Origin: Octopus sinensis
Taxonomy: Eukaryota
Direction of reading: 5' to 3'
NCBI RefSeq assembly: GCF_006345805.1
Contig: NW_021834011.1
Coordinates: forward strand, 1-51,408
Length of the DNA: 51,408 bases
Shown: in pieces, positions 1-11,635 of the stretch
Numbering within the stretch: the first letter of the stretch is position 1
How the letters are laid out: each line of letters starts with the position of its first letter
Made by a program: the position numbers and the translations under genes
The notes under the pieces: generated by a model
What the model was told of the DNA's origin: nothing
The model's input: the letters and a program-made list of their open reading frames with translations, nothing else
Databases searched by the model: none

Positions 1-189
1 CTCAAAATGTGACCAACAAAGGATAACTTCGTCACGTTGAATTTATGTATTAAAGACTTGATAATACTAGAACATGTTCGGAGTTGTCTCCCGTCATTGG
101 TGGAGTAAGCGAAACAATGTCTCGTTAAGCTATTGATGATATTTACTAACCGCATAATTATTTCTACCATTACTTTTTTCCTTTTTCTC

Positions 190-520
190 TATTTGGACTG
201 CTGGGGCACTGCCTTCAAAGGCTTAATCGAACAATCCAACCCTAGTACTTACTATTTTTTTAAACTGATCCTTATTCTCCTCGGCCTTTTTTACTGAACC
301 GCTAAGTTACAGAAGGTAAACAAACTAAGTCTGGTGGTTACGAAGTAAGAGGCTTAACCACACACACACACACACACACACGCGCGTGTGTGTGTGTATA
401 TATACATGTACATACGTAAATAAATGACTTCATACAGCTTTCAAACAGTTTCCGTTTATGAAATCCAGTCACAAGGTGCTTTGCAATGGGACTGAACCCG
501 AAACCTTGCGGTAAGGAAAC
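190..520 (-). mobile_element. SINE-A, degraded copy
   Basis: Reverse complement matches SINE-A blocks (gggactgaaccc B-box, gaaccgctaagttac, ctggggcact tail) with an internal (CA)n/(TG)n tract. Confidence 0.6.
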
Positions 521-555
521 CTTTTTTTTACTGGATCATCTATTTCGAATGCAGT

Positions 556-701
556 ATAGCCGTGAAAACCGCGGAAAGATTGAGTATTATTACATTTATG
601 AGACGAAAAAAGTTGTCGATAGACAGCCGCTGTCTGTTGACAAACATTTTCCCGTCTTATAATGATAAAATACTCAATCTTTCTGCTGTTTTCGTGGCTA
701 T
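556..701. mobile_element. Foldback/MITE-like imperfect palindrome (about 72-bp arms)
   Basis: atagccgtgaaaaccgcggaaagattgagtatt...gacagc is the reverse complement, with mismatches, of gctgtc...aatactcaatctttctgctgttttcgtggctat; centre near 628. Confidence 0.7.
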
Positions 702-1006
702 TGTTTGATCCTTCTCGATACCCGCCTGCCTCATAAGGGCTGGTTTCCCGGTTTCCTTGGCGTATAAGTTACCCACCTGGATGGGACGCCGGTCTGTCGC
801 AGGTGAGCTGCAAGATGCAGGAGAAAAGAGAGAGAGAGAAAGTTGTGGCGAAAGAGTCAGCAGATGTTCGCCATTACCTTCTGCCGGAGCAGTGTGGAGC
901 TTAGGTGTTTCGCTCATAAACACACACATCGCCCGGTCTGACATTCGAACCCGCGATCCCTCGACCGCGAGTCCGCTGCTCTAACCACTAGGCGATGTGC
1001 CTCCTC
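702..1006 (-). mobile_element. SINE-C variant 1 (tRNA-derived), full length with 12-bp TSD
   Basis: Minus strand starts gaggcacatcgcctagtggttagagcagcggactcgcgg...gggttcgaat (A and B boxes); flanked by tttcgtggctat (690-701) and tttcgcggctat (1007-1018). Confidence 0.85.
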
Positions 1007-1329
1007 TTTCGCGGCTATAGAGCGTTCCAAATATTACCTTCGTGTCTGTATAATAAAGCACATCTATGTTTTAAAGCACAACGTGTTTTCGCGACGTTCT
1101 CTATCCTCCTTGTCAACTCTGAATAACTCATGATCAAAGATGCCCCAACGGCTGGACGTGATTTTGAGAGACCTTTGGCTGTTATTCCTAGCAAGCCTAC
1201 TAGCAGCATATAATCACTCTGGTCAGCTCTATGTATGTCATATATTTGTGGAAAAAAAAATGGAACAGTATAAAAGGAATAAGGTAACATTGGACACATT
1301 TCAAAACCAGAGTCTCAGAACCATATATA

Positions 1330-1369
<40 letters not shown>

Positions 1370-1813
1370 TTATATATGACAACAACAAAGGCAGCTGTTA
1401 TAGTTTTGTGCACTGCGAAGGGTGGACGTGGTGTGGTGGTGGCATTGTGCTTTATTGGCAAAAGTAACTGGAAATATCTAGGTGATGTTTTAGAAAATCT
1501 ATGTCATGTTTCTGAATGATAAGAAGAAAGAACGGCGAATCGAAGTTTTAATTGAATTGGGAGAAACTTGGAAAACAGAAAAAGGAAGGGCTGAAGAATA
1601 TTAGGAGAACAAACAAAGAAATGATTAGATAAATAAATAATAAATAATAAATATATAAATAAATAAATAAACGGTAATGTGGGAATTCTGTCAGTGAACA
1701 CAATTTTCCTGTCTTTAAAATATGCTAATGCAATCTAAAATATTGTGTATGTGTGTGTATATAAATATACATATGCATTTATGTGTATGTGTGTGGTGTG
1801 TGTGTGTATACAT

Positions 1814-2102
1814 GAGGCGCAATGGCCCAGTGGTTAGGGCAGCGGACTCGCGGTCGTAGGATCGCGGTTTCGATTCTCAGACCGGGCGTTGTGAGTGTTT
1901 ATTGAGCGAAAACACCTAAAAGCTCCAGGAGGCTCCGGCAGGGGGTGGTGGTGATCGCTGCTGTACTCTTTCGCCACAACTTTCCCTCACTCCTTCTTCT
2001 GTAGGCCTGCTCGCTTAGCCAGCGGGGTGGCGTCATTTGAAGGCTAAAACAATGTGAAGCGCATTGTGACCAGCGATGTGCAGCAACGGTGATCACGGTG
2101 AT
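1814..2102 (+). mobile_element. SINE-C variant 2 (tRNA-derived)
   Basis: ggcgcaatggcccagtggttagggcagcggactcgcgg...ggtttcgattc head; shares about 165 bp with 702-1006, then has a different 3' part. Confidence 0.85.
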
Positions 2103-2239
2103 ATACATATATATATACATACATACATGTATACATATATATATGTGTATACATGCATAGATACATATATATATTATATATGTATGTATACGTGTGTATG
2201 TGTGTGTATAAAGGCTCTCTCATCTTATGTCTCGTCAAG

Positions 2240-2403
2240 CACCGCCTTTAGTCGAGCAGGACTTTTTCTTTGGATGCCTAGTACTTATTCTATCGGTCTC
2301 TTTTGCCGAACCGCTAAGTTATGGGGACGTAAACACACCACCATGGGTTATCAGGGGGGGGGGACAAATACAGACACACAAATATATACACACACACTCA
2401 TAC

Positions 2404-2445
<42 letters not shown>

Positions 2446-2600
2446 GACAGGCTTCTTTCAGTTTCCTTCTAACAAATCCATTCACAAGGCTTTGGTCGGC
2501 CCGAGGCCACAGTAGAAGACACTTACCCAAGGTGCCATGCAGTGGGACTGAACCCGGAACCATGTGGTTGTTTAGCAAGCTACTTACCACACAGCCACTC
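2240..2600 (-). mobile_element. SINE-A with internal (TA)n microsatellite
   Basis: Reverse complement of ggctgtgtggtaag...gggttcagtcccact...gaaactgaaagaagcc-(TA)n-gtttacgtcccc...gaataagtactagg. Confidence 0.9.
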
Positions 2601-2637
2601 CTACGCCTATTGTGTATAAAATTTTAAAAAGTAGACT

Positions 2638-2791
2638 TGGCTGTGTGGCAAGAAGCTTGATTCGGGACCACATGGTTTTGGGTTCAGTCCCACTGTGTGG
2701 CATCTTGGGGAAGTGTCTTTTGCTATATCCTCAGGCCCGACCAAAGCCCTGTGAGTGGATTTAGTAGATGGAAACTGAAAAAGCCCATTGC

Positions 2792-2840
<49 letters not shown>

Positions 2841-3092
2841 GTGTGTGTGTGTGTGTGAGTGTGTGTGTCTGTGTGTGTGTCTTTGTGTCTGTGTTTGTCC
2901 ACCTGCCATTGCTTGACAACTGACACTGGTGTGTTTACGTCCTTGTAACATAGTGGTTCAGCAAAATAGACCGATAGAATAAGTACTAGGCTTACAAAGA
3001 ATAAATTTTGGGTTTGATTTAGTCTTCGACTAAAACCCTTTAAGGTGGTACTCCAGCATGGCCGCAGTCAAATGACTAAAACAAGTCAAAGA
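2638..3092 (+). mobile_element. SINE-A, full length
   Basis: Head ggctgtgtgg, B-box gggttcagtccc, internal (TA)n(TG)n, tail ggtactccagcatggccgcagtcaaatgact. Confidence 0.9.
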
Positions 3093-3409
3093 ATTAAAGA
3101 ATAAATATATTGCAAAAAAAAAAATAATAAATGGGTGAAATTTACCTCATTAAAAATTTAATTTGGAGCAACCAGGGTTTAATGAAAATCAATCAGGAGT
3201 TTAATTATTCACTCTAAAACAATCTAATTCTCGTTTTCAAGAATTTGATGCAAATTACAAAAATTTTTCAAGTGGGAATTATAGAAAATCAATAAAAATA
3301 AGATATTCACAAAATATCTAATAAATATTAAATATTTAATATTTAAAACTAATATTAAAATTGGACAAGTTCATTAAATTTGGAAATATTATTAGTAGCA
3401 CTAATGGTT

Positions 3410-3612
3410 TATGAGACAGACGAAAGGGGATTGAAATTTGGGCGAGGGGGTGATAGTTACATCCATTTCAGTACTTGAGTGGTACTTTATTTTATCGCTC
3501 CTGGAGTGACGGATGGTTGAGAAGATCTTGGCAAGATTTCAATTCAGAACGTGAAGCACCAGAATAAGTACCACAAGGTATTTTCCTAATGCTCTTACAA
3601 TTCGCCAGCTTG
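3410..3612 (-). mobile_element. SINE-B, degraded copy
   Basis: Residual ggtactttattttatcg, aattcagaacgt and gccagct blocks as in other SINE-B copies. Confidence 0.5.
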
Positions 3613-4016
3613 AATAATAACAACAACAACAACAACAACAATAATAATAATGATAATAATAATAATAATAATGATAATAACAATAATAACAACAATAATA
3701 ATAATAATAACAACAAAGTAATAATAATAAAAACAATAATAATAACAACAACAACAATAATAATAACATCAATAATAATAATAATAATAATAATAATGAT
3801 AATAATAATAATAATAATAGCAATAATAATAATAATGATAATAATAATTACAACACAAATAAGAATAACAACAACAAAACACAACAATAATATGATGATG
3901 ATAATAATAATAATAATAATAATATAATAATAATAATAATAATAATAATGAAAATAATAATGATATAATAATAATAAAATAATGATGATAATAATAATAA
4001 TAATATAATAATAATA

Positions 4017-4070
<54 letters not shown>
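3613..4070. repeat. (AAT)n/(AAC)n microsatellite
   Basis: Direct reading; source of the poly-I/L/N pseudo-ORFs. Confidence 0.98.
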
Positions 4071-4072
<2 letters not shown>

Positions 4073-4200
4073 TGAACGAACTACTGAGTTTGGTTTAATG
4101 GCCTACCAATGTATATGTTTCTTTGCCCTAGGAGTCGGGAAGACACTCGGCAAGAAATGGAAGCAAATTTGAAAGAAGAAAAAAAAAGTAATAATAATAA
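4071..4200 (+). mobile_element. RLE-LINE (R4/Dong-like) 3' UTR-only fragment between TAA tracts
   Basis: Near-identical to 4761-4890, which follows an RLE C-terminal peptide; flanked by (TAA)n. Confidence 0.65.
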
Positions 4201-4402
4201 TGGTTTCAAATTTTGTTACAAGTGCAGCCATTTTGGTGGGGAAGGGATGAGTCAATTACATCGACCCCAGTGTGTCACTGGTACTTAATCTATCGACAAG
4301 GCAAAATCGAACTCTGCAGAATTTGAACTTAGAACATGAAGGCAGACAAAAGCCGCAAAGCATTCTGCCTGGCATGCTAAAGATTCTGCCAGCACGCCGC
4401 CT
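4200..4402 (-). mobile_element. SINE-B with (ATT)n tail
   Basis: Reverse complement of the core (gattacatcgaccccagtg...ggcaaa...gaatttgaact...gattctgccagc). Confidence 0.8.
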
Positions 4403-4609
4403 TAAAATTGTGCATAAAGCGTATATATAAAGTGTATTAAGTAATCGTATTCCAATTTCCTTCACTTTTCAATGAATAGCAGACGAGTGATTATATTTTG
4501 ATACACACACAACACAGGCTACGGTTTCAGGCTTTTTGGATAAAGTTTTCAAGAATAACCGAATAGGTTTACTATTAATTCTGTGAAATATTCACAGGTC
4601 CCATTAGTA

Positions 4610-4915
4610 ATAATAATGAGAATGATCCCTGGCTTACCATCCCTGCAAGAAGTGCAAAAGATTGTCTTAACTGGTACATCACACGTATTGAGAAGAGCAT
4701 TGTCGATGTGAGAACTATTACTACCCATGTATTTTAATTCAACTTTTAAAAAATATTAAAAAATGAACGAACTAGTGAGTTTAGTTTAATGGCCTACCAA
4801 TGTATACTATGAGTTTCTTTGCCCTAGGAGTCGGGAAGACACTCGGCAAGAAATGGAAGCAAATTTGAAAGAAGAAGAAAAAAAAGATGATAGTAATAAT
4901 AATAATAATAATAAT
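4610..4915 (+). mobile_element. 5'-truncated RLE-LINE 3' end (R4/Dong-like), family 2
   Basis: 4622-4711 translates MIPGLPSLQEVQKIVLTGTSHVLRRALSM*, matching the QK..L.GT.H.LRR.L C-terminus of RLE non-LTR ORFs; TAA repeats on both sides. Confidence 0.75.
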
Positions 4916-5178
4916 GATTTCATTTATTTGCCACGGGGGCGAAAGATGAGAGGGACAATACAGAAACAGACATAAAGTGCAGCGGGGGGGGGGTTTACAT
5001 ATAATAATGAAATGATAAAAGATAAAAAGGATACCCGGTATACACTGGGAAGAGGAGATGTATTCATAGCATATAAAGGTACAAAAAATGTGGGGCGGGG
5101 AGGATGATAGGGGTATGGTCCTCTTGATACAGGAATACCTCTAGGGATAATCAAGGAACCCCACCATCTGAGATTTCC

Positions 5179-5462
5179 CTGAACTTTGACTTCAAGACAG
5201 ACAAGGTATTAGAGCACCAAAGGCTGGATATAGTAAACTTTAGGAGGGACAAACTACAGTGCCTAATAATTGATATGACAGTGCCAGGAGATCAACATAT
5301 CAATTATGAAAGAAAGAGAAAAGGTTGATAAACATGGAGACCTGAGAATTGAGATCACAAAGATGTGGCAGCTACGAAAGTCAAACATAAAGGTTGTCCC
5401 TATTGTCAATGGAGTGTTGGGTTCAATCCCATCCAATCTGAAAAAACTCCATTTAATTGAAT
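5179..5462 (+). pseudogene. Degenerate restriction-like endonuclease domain of a non-LTR retrotransposon
   Basis: NFDFKTDKVLEHQRLDIV...CLIIDMTVPGD, frameshift, then KEREKVDKHGDLRIEITKMW...VVPIVNGVLG; matches the RLE pattern TD..I..RPDI..IID..P.D..KE.EK..KY.DL..E..MW..PIV.G.LG. Confidence 0.8.
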
Positions 5463-5639
5463 AATGCAAACATTACATCAATTTAAAATGTAGAGCAATC
5501 TTCAGCTGCACAAAAAAACAGAATTTAATTAAATTTGAAGGACATATTGTTCAATTAAATGGAGTCGCATGAAACGATCGTACTGCATTACCTCTGGATA
5601 TCCTTGTTTATTTTGTTTATATATATATGTGTGTGCATG

Positions 5640-5865
5640 TATGTATGTATCTATGTGTATGTGCCTTTGTGTCTGTGTTGTGTTTGTCCCTTACCGTTAC
5701 TTGAAATCTGGTGTTGGTTTGTTTACATCCTAGTACACTAGTAGTTCAGCAAAAGACACTGATAGAATGTGTAGCAGATGTAAAAAACTAAAACAAGGGG
5801 TTGATTTGCTTAACCAAAGCGGTGCCCCAGCATGGCCACAGTTTAATGACTAAAACGAGTAAATA
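5640..5865 (+). mobile_element. SINE-A 3' half
   Basis: gtttacatcc...gcaaaagacactgatagaat...ggtgccccagcatggccacag. Confidence 0.75.
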
Positions 5866-5869
5866 ATCC

Positions 5870-6045
5870 TTTCTACTAAAGGACACTTTGTGGGAGGGGG
5901 CAAGTTAATTATATGGATGCCAGTGTTCACCTGACACATATTTTATCAACCCCCGAAAGGATGAAAGACAGAGTTGAGCTTGGTGGAATTTGAACTCAGA
6001 ACATGTAGACAGATGAAATGCCACTCAGCATTTTGTCCAGCATAC
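5870..6045 (-). mobile_element. SINE-B
   Basis: ccccgaaaggatgaaag...gaatttgaactcagaac core in reverse orientation. Confidence 0.8.
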
Positions 6046-6061
6046 ACTTTTACTGTTTTAT

Positions 6062-6544
6062 ATGTTTTAGTCATTTAACTGTGGCCATGCTGGAGCACCG
6101 CCTTTCGTTGGCCAAATCGACCACAGGACTTATTCTTTGTAAGCCTAGTACTTATTCTATCGGTCTCTTTTTCCGAACCACTAAGTTACCGGGACGTAAA
6201 CACACCTGCATCGGTTGTCAAGCGATGTTGTCAAGCGGGGTTGAAAGGCGGCGAGCTGGCAGAAACGTTAGCACACCGGGCGAAATGCGTAGCCGTATTT
6301 TGTCTGCCATTACGTTCTGAGTTCAAATTCTGCCGAGGTCGACTTTGCCTTTCATCTTTTCGGGGTCGATAAATTAAGTACCAGTTACGCACTGGGGTCG
6401 ATGTAATCGACTTGATCCGTTTGTCTGTCCTTGTTTGTCGTCTCTGTGTTTAGCCCCTTGTGGGTAGTCAAGAAATAGGTTGTCAAGCGATGTTGGGGGG
6501 ACAAACACACACACAAATACACACACACTCATACATACACACAA

Positions 6545-6601
<57 letters not shown>

Positions 6602-6768
6602 TTTATATATATATGACGGGCTTCTTTCAGTTTCCGTCTACCAAATCCACTCACAAGGCTTTGGTCGACTCGAGGCTATAGTAGAAGACACTTGCCCAAG
6701 GTGCCATGCAGTGGGACTGAACCCGGAGCAATGTGGTTCGTAAGCAAGCTACTTATCACACAGCCGCT
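6062..6768 (-). mobile_element. SINE-A interrupted by a nested SINE-B
   Basis: SINE-A tail at 6062-6230 and head at 6478-6768 join seamlessly across the insert. Confidence 0.85.
6231..6477 (+). mobile_element. SINE-B, full length, nested, 18-bp TSD
   Basis: ggcggcgagctggcagaaacgttagc head; TSD ggttgtcaagcgatgttg at 6213-6230 and 6478-6495. Confidence 0.9.
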
Positions 6769-6779
6769 CATATACCTAA

Positions 6780-7445
6780 TGCTAACGATTCTGCCAGCTC
6801 ATTACCTTGAAACAAGTAAATAATGGTTTTAAATTTTGACACAAGGCCGGCAAGATCAGGGAAGGAGCAGGTTAAATACACTGACCCCACAATTCAACTG
6901 ATAATTTATCGATCCTGAAAGGATGAAAGATTAAGATGATCTTGATGGAATTTGAACTCAGAATGTAAAGACGGCTGAAATGTCACTAAGCATGTATTCT
7001 TTTCTTCTCTAGGCACAATGCCTGAAATTTTGGGGGAGTGGGCCAACTGATTAGATCGATGCCAATATGCAACTGGTACTTATTTTATTGATCCCGAAAG
7101 GATGAAAGGCAAAGTCAACTTTGGAGGAATTTGAACTCAGAACATAAAGACAGATGAAATACCACTAAACATTTCACCTGGCTTGCTAGCATTTCTTATT
7201 TCTTTATTGGCCACAAGGGGTTAAACATAGAGGAGACAAACAAGGACACCTGTCTTTACATTCTGAGTTCAAAGGGTTAAGTTGATTACATCGACCCCAG
7301 TGCATAACTGGTACTTATTTTATCGAACCCAAAAGGATGAAAGGCAAAGTCGACCTTGGCGGAATTTGAACTCAGAACATAAAGACAGATGAAATACCGC
7401 TAAGCATTTCACCTGGCGTGCTAGCGCTTCTGCCAGCTCGCCACT
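6780..7445 (-). mobile_element. Cluster of about three head-to-tail SINE-B copies
   Basis: gaaaggatgaaag...gaatttgaactcagaa recurs near 6916, 7095 and 7332. Confidence 0.8.
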
Positions 7446-8199
7446 TTAAATGAAAGATATATTATAAGTTTCTTTCTGTGTCTGCCTACCAAATTTATTC
7501 ACAAGCCAGGAACACCACATATTTCAGTTTGCAAATTTTATCTTCAGACAATTTTCTTAACCAATTTATTTTTTCTTTCAAAATCTCCATAGCTTTTAGA
7601 CAATTCTTTGATGTATTTACTATCATGCAATCTTCAGACTTTAATGTTTCTTGACATTCAATGATCACCGATTCTTGAACTTTGGCACTGTCTGTCAGCT
7701 TGTAAAAAACATACTGGGAGATAGTAGACTAGTTGCGTTAAGCAAATAATTTTCACCTACCATAACTTATATGTAAATTAATTGTTAAAAAAAAATATTT
7801 TATGGCATACAAGTCGAAGTTTTCAAAATTTACAAAATTTACTGCCAAAAAAGATGGTTCGACTTATACATCAAAGAACTATGCAGGACCAAAATTGGAG
7901 GCAAAAGTATATTTTGAAAGATCCCTGTCATATGATGGCAATTATGTGATGGGCATCATATGATGGCGATCTTTTCTGATATTACAATGCCATGTATCAA
8001 ATTTCTCTCAGTGCAACAATTCTTTAGAAAGATTTCTTTAATGTTTGCTGTCCTACCAACAAAAAAAGAGTAAAAAATTAATCAACCATAGAAATTATTT
8101 GTGAATTTTTTCCAATAAAACTTTATTACCTGAAGCGGATTAAAAGATAAAAGAATTGTAAATTTATGAGTTTTCTTTTTAAAAAAGAGAGAAAATATC

Positions 8200-8600
8200 T
8201 ATATACATATTTATGTATATATATTTACATATATCCGTATACATATGCATATTTAGAATATATATATACATATATCTATATACATATACATATTTAGAAT
8301 ATATATATACATATATCTATGTAAATATACATATTTTGAATATATATATATATCTGTATACGTATGCATACTTTGAATATATATACATACATATACCTAT
8401 ATACATATTTATGTATATATATTTACATATATCTGTATACATATACATATTTAGAATATATATACATATATCTATATAAATATACATATTTAGAATATAT
8501 ATACATATATCTATATAAATATACATATTTTGAATATATATATATATGTATACATATGCATACTTTGAATATATATACATACATATACCTATATACATAT
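8200..8600. repeat. TA-derived minisatellite (about 38-bp unit) with an about 190-200-bp higher-order duplication
   Basis: catatttagaatatatatacatatatctat repeats; the block beginning atacat(a)tttatgtatatatatttacatatatc recurs at 8203 and 8401. Confidence 0.85.
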
Positions 8601-9391
8601 TTATAGGTATATACAATCGTATTTAGATTTGGTCTCATAGACACACTCATAAAAATACACACACACAGACACACTTGTATGTAGATAAGCATATAAATAC
8701 ATATATGTATACACATAAATATGTGCAAATACAAATGTATGAATACAAATATATGTATATATCTGTGTGTGTGTGTGAGTTTGTATGTGTGTATATATAT
8801 GGATATACACATATTCATAACATTTATTTGCACAAGAAGGTAGAAGCATTGATGTCTGGAAATCCAACAGGTTCAACAATGGACAGATATCGTGCTTTTG
8901 CACTTTTTTGTACCATAAGAGATAGATTTTTTTCTCTGCAGAAACTGTAGTGAATTTGCCTTTTAGCAGTTAAAATATGCCACAAACATATTCTAACTAA
9001 TCTAAACCTTGTGTATGCCCAAACACTGCTTGTTGCTATTATTGTAAATTTTACAATCTCGGTTGTCTACTGGCAGATATCAGTCGATGTTGACTCTATT
9101 TTAGCTAAACCATGCCTCGATTAGGTCTATCCAAAGTTACCTTTCTTTTGGTATTTCCCATTGATAATGACAAAAGAGTTAGAAACATTGATGTCTGGGA
9201 ACCTGACAGGAGGCAGCATTGGACAGGTGTGGTGTTTTTACATCATCTTTTTTATCATAAGAGAATTTTTTTCTCTGTGGTAACTACAGTGAACCTACCT
9301 TTAACAGTTGATAGATATCACAAGCATATCTTAACTAACCTAAAGTTCAATTATTCCTAAACACTGCTTGGCACTGATATTGCAGTAATAT

Positions 9392-9405
9392 ATCTATCTA
9401 TATTT

Positions 9406-9500
<95 letters not shown>

Positions 9501-9558
9501 CTATCTATCTATCTATCTATATCTATCTATCTGTCTATCTATCTATCTATCTATCTAC

Positions 9559-9626
<68 letters not shown>

Positions 9627-9638
9627 ATATCTATCATA

Positions 9639-9674
<36 letters not shown>

Positions 9675-9675
9675 A

Positions 9676-9730
<55 letters not shown>
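9392..9730. repeat. (CTAT)n followed by (TA)n
   Basis: Direct reading. Confidence 0.98.
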
Positions 9731-9734
<4 letters not shown>

Positions 9735-10202
9735 CCATTCCAGCAAAGAATGCTTTCCTTAAACAACTTGTCATAAGATAAATTCATTCATCCTTTTCTG
9801 TTAAAATGTCTTATTGATGAGTTTCATTTCTTCACTTCCCTGAAGAGAAGATACATTGTTTTACACCATTTTATTCCTTTGGAATAATATCAGTGAAATC
9901 ATTGAAACATGTGTCGGAAGTGAAAGTATTTGAATTATACCTGCGTTAAACTCCATTTATTTATTTATATATTATACAAAAAATTCCACGTAAATCCGAA
10001 CTTTCTACCTTTAAAAATAAGGAGTTACAACCTCTCTACTTGTGTGATTTTTTGCTACCTTGGTAACTATTTATCTATTTTTTCCATGTTAATTGTTAAC
10101 GAGGGAAAAATATACTCATCTATTTATATATATATTAATAAATTGAAACTGATTTGAAAATCGGAAATCCACCTGAAGATTGTCATTTGAAGACATGAAA
10201 CA

Positions 10203-10392
10203 ATTGTAGTGGCGGTTTTTTACTTTTTATTAAAATTTTATGTATTGATTAAGTCTTTCCTTGTTTGTTTTGCAAAATAGTGGTTTTGTCTCTAATTAAT
10301 ATTATATAATATTTTACTATAAAATTGGATTCAATCCTAAATCTGATTTTTTTCCCTGTAAATTTGGATTTATTCCCTAATATTTATTATTA
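10203..10392. mobile_element. MITE: internal part plus right terminal inverted repeat
   Basis: 10276-10390 (tagtggttttgtctctaatt...ttattccctaatatttatt) is the reverse complement of 22089-22198; internal sequence matches 22225-22305. Confidence 0.75.
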
Positions 10393-11032
10393 TATATATA
10401 TATATATATATATGTAAATTGCCATATACCCACACACACTCATCTATTATTACTCTGCATGAATGAATGGTTTCAGTAATTAATTATCAAGGCTACAAAA
10501 GAATAATGAGAATATTGACAATAAGATTTTTAAAATGCTAATTATACAGGAACAACTTTGAGAAGATTATGAATATTATTTTAAAATCTTGCTTCCAAGA
10601 TTAACGACAAATTATTGATGTTGTTTTCCTCGTGCCGGCAGTTGTTGTTTTTGTTGTTACTTTTGTCAATAGATATTGTTGATAGTGATGTTGTTGTTGG
10701 TGTTGTCGTCAATAGTTGTTGTTGTTGTTGGCGGTGGTGGTGGTGGTGGTGTTAATAGTTGTAAAACGGAGTTTATTTTGCTGTATTTAGGGATATTACA
10801 GGATTAAAAATAAAATAAAAAACTGCCAAAACAGCAAGAGTTAATTGACTGTTGTAATAATTGTAGTTGTTGTTGTTGTTCTTGTTGTTTAATCCAACCA
10901 GGTCAGTTCTGATTGGACAGCAAATATACTATCAAAGGCTTTCCAGTCATGACTAACCACGTCCGACCATGTCCAGCCATAACATCCTGCAGCAAGAATT
11001 CCCATGTCCAATGTATCTTTTATATTTTATTG

Positions 11033-11382
11033 GTTTCAGTCATTGGACTATGGCCATGCTGGGGCACTACCTTGAAAGTTTTAGTCAAACCAATCAATTT
11101 AAAGTCGTGTACTTATCCTATTGATCTCTGTTGCCAAACTGCTAGGTTATGGGAATGTAAACAAACCAATAGTGGTTGTCAAGCAGTGATGGGAAACAAA
11201 AACCAAAGACACAAACACACACACATGAAACGGGATGCCATACAGTTTCCTTCTTCCAAATTCGCTCACAAGGCATTGGTCAGCTTGGGGCTGTAGTAAA
11301 AGACATTTACTCAAGATGCCACACAGTGGGACTGAACCCAAAACCACATGTTTGCAAAGCAAGCTTCTTATAACCACACACT
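11033..11382 (-). mobile_element. SINE-A, degraded
   Basis: ggccatgctggggcact tail and gtgggactgaaccc head in reverse orientation. Confidence 0.8.
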
Positions 11383-11635
11383 GTTTTTTTTTAAATACTC
11401 TACATCTTGAGATTTGAGGAGAGATTTGGCTGCTATTGCTAACATGTGGCATGACTGTGCAGAGGTTCCTTCTACAGCAATGCATCGTTGTTGTTGTTGT
11501 TTGTTTGTGGTGGTGTTATAGTTGTTAAACCCTAGGTCAGCCCTGACCTAGTAGACCTGTAAACAACCATGATCTGAATGCTATTTCTTGTAAGCACAGT
11601 TTGGTAATGTAGTACTAGTTCCAAATAGACATAAA

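Noticed and set aside
1814-1890. tRNA gene
   Set aside because: The tRNA-like head runs into a SINE body shared with 702-1006 and has no proper acceptor-stem closure. The same applies to SINE-A and SINE-B heads.
7560-7900. Possible pogo/Tc2-like remnant (tacaagtcga...tcgacttata)
   Set aside because: Only a 10-bp inverted motif and no recognisable transposase peptide.
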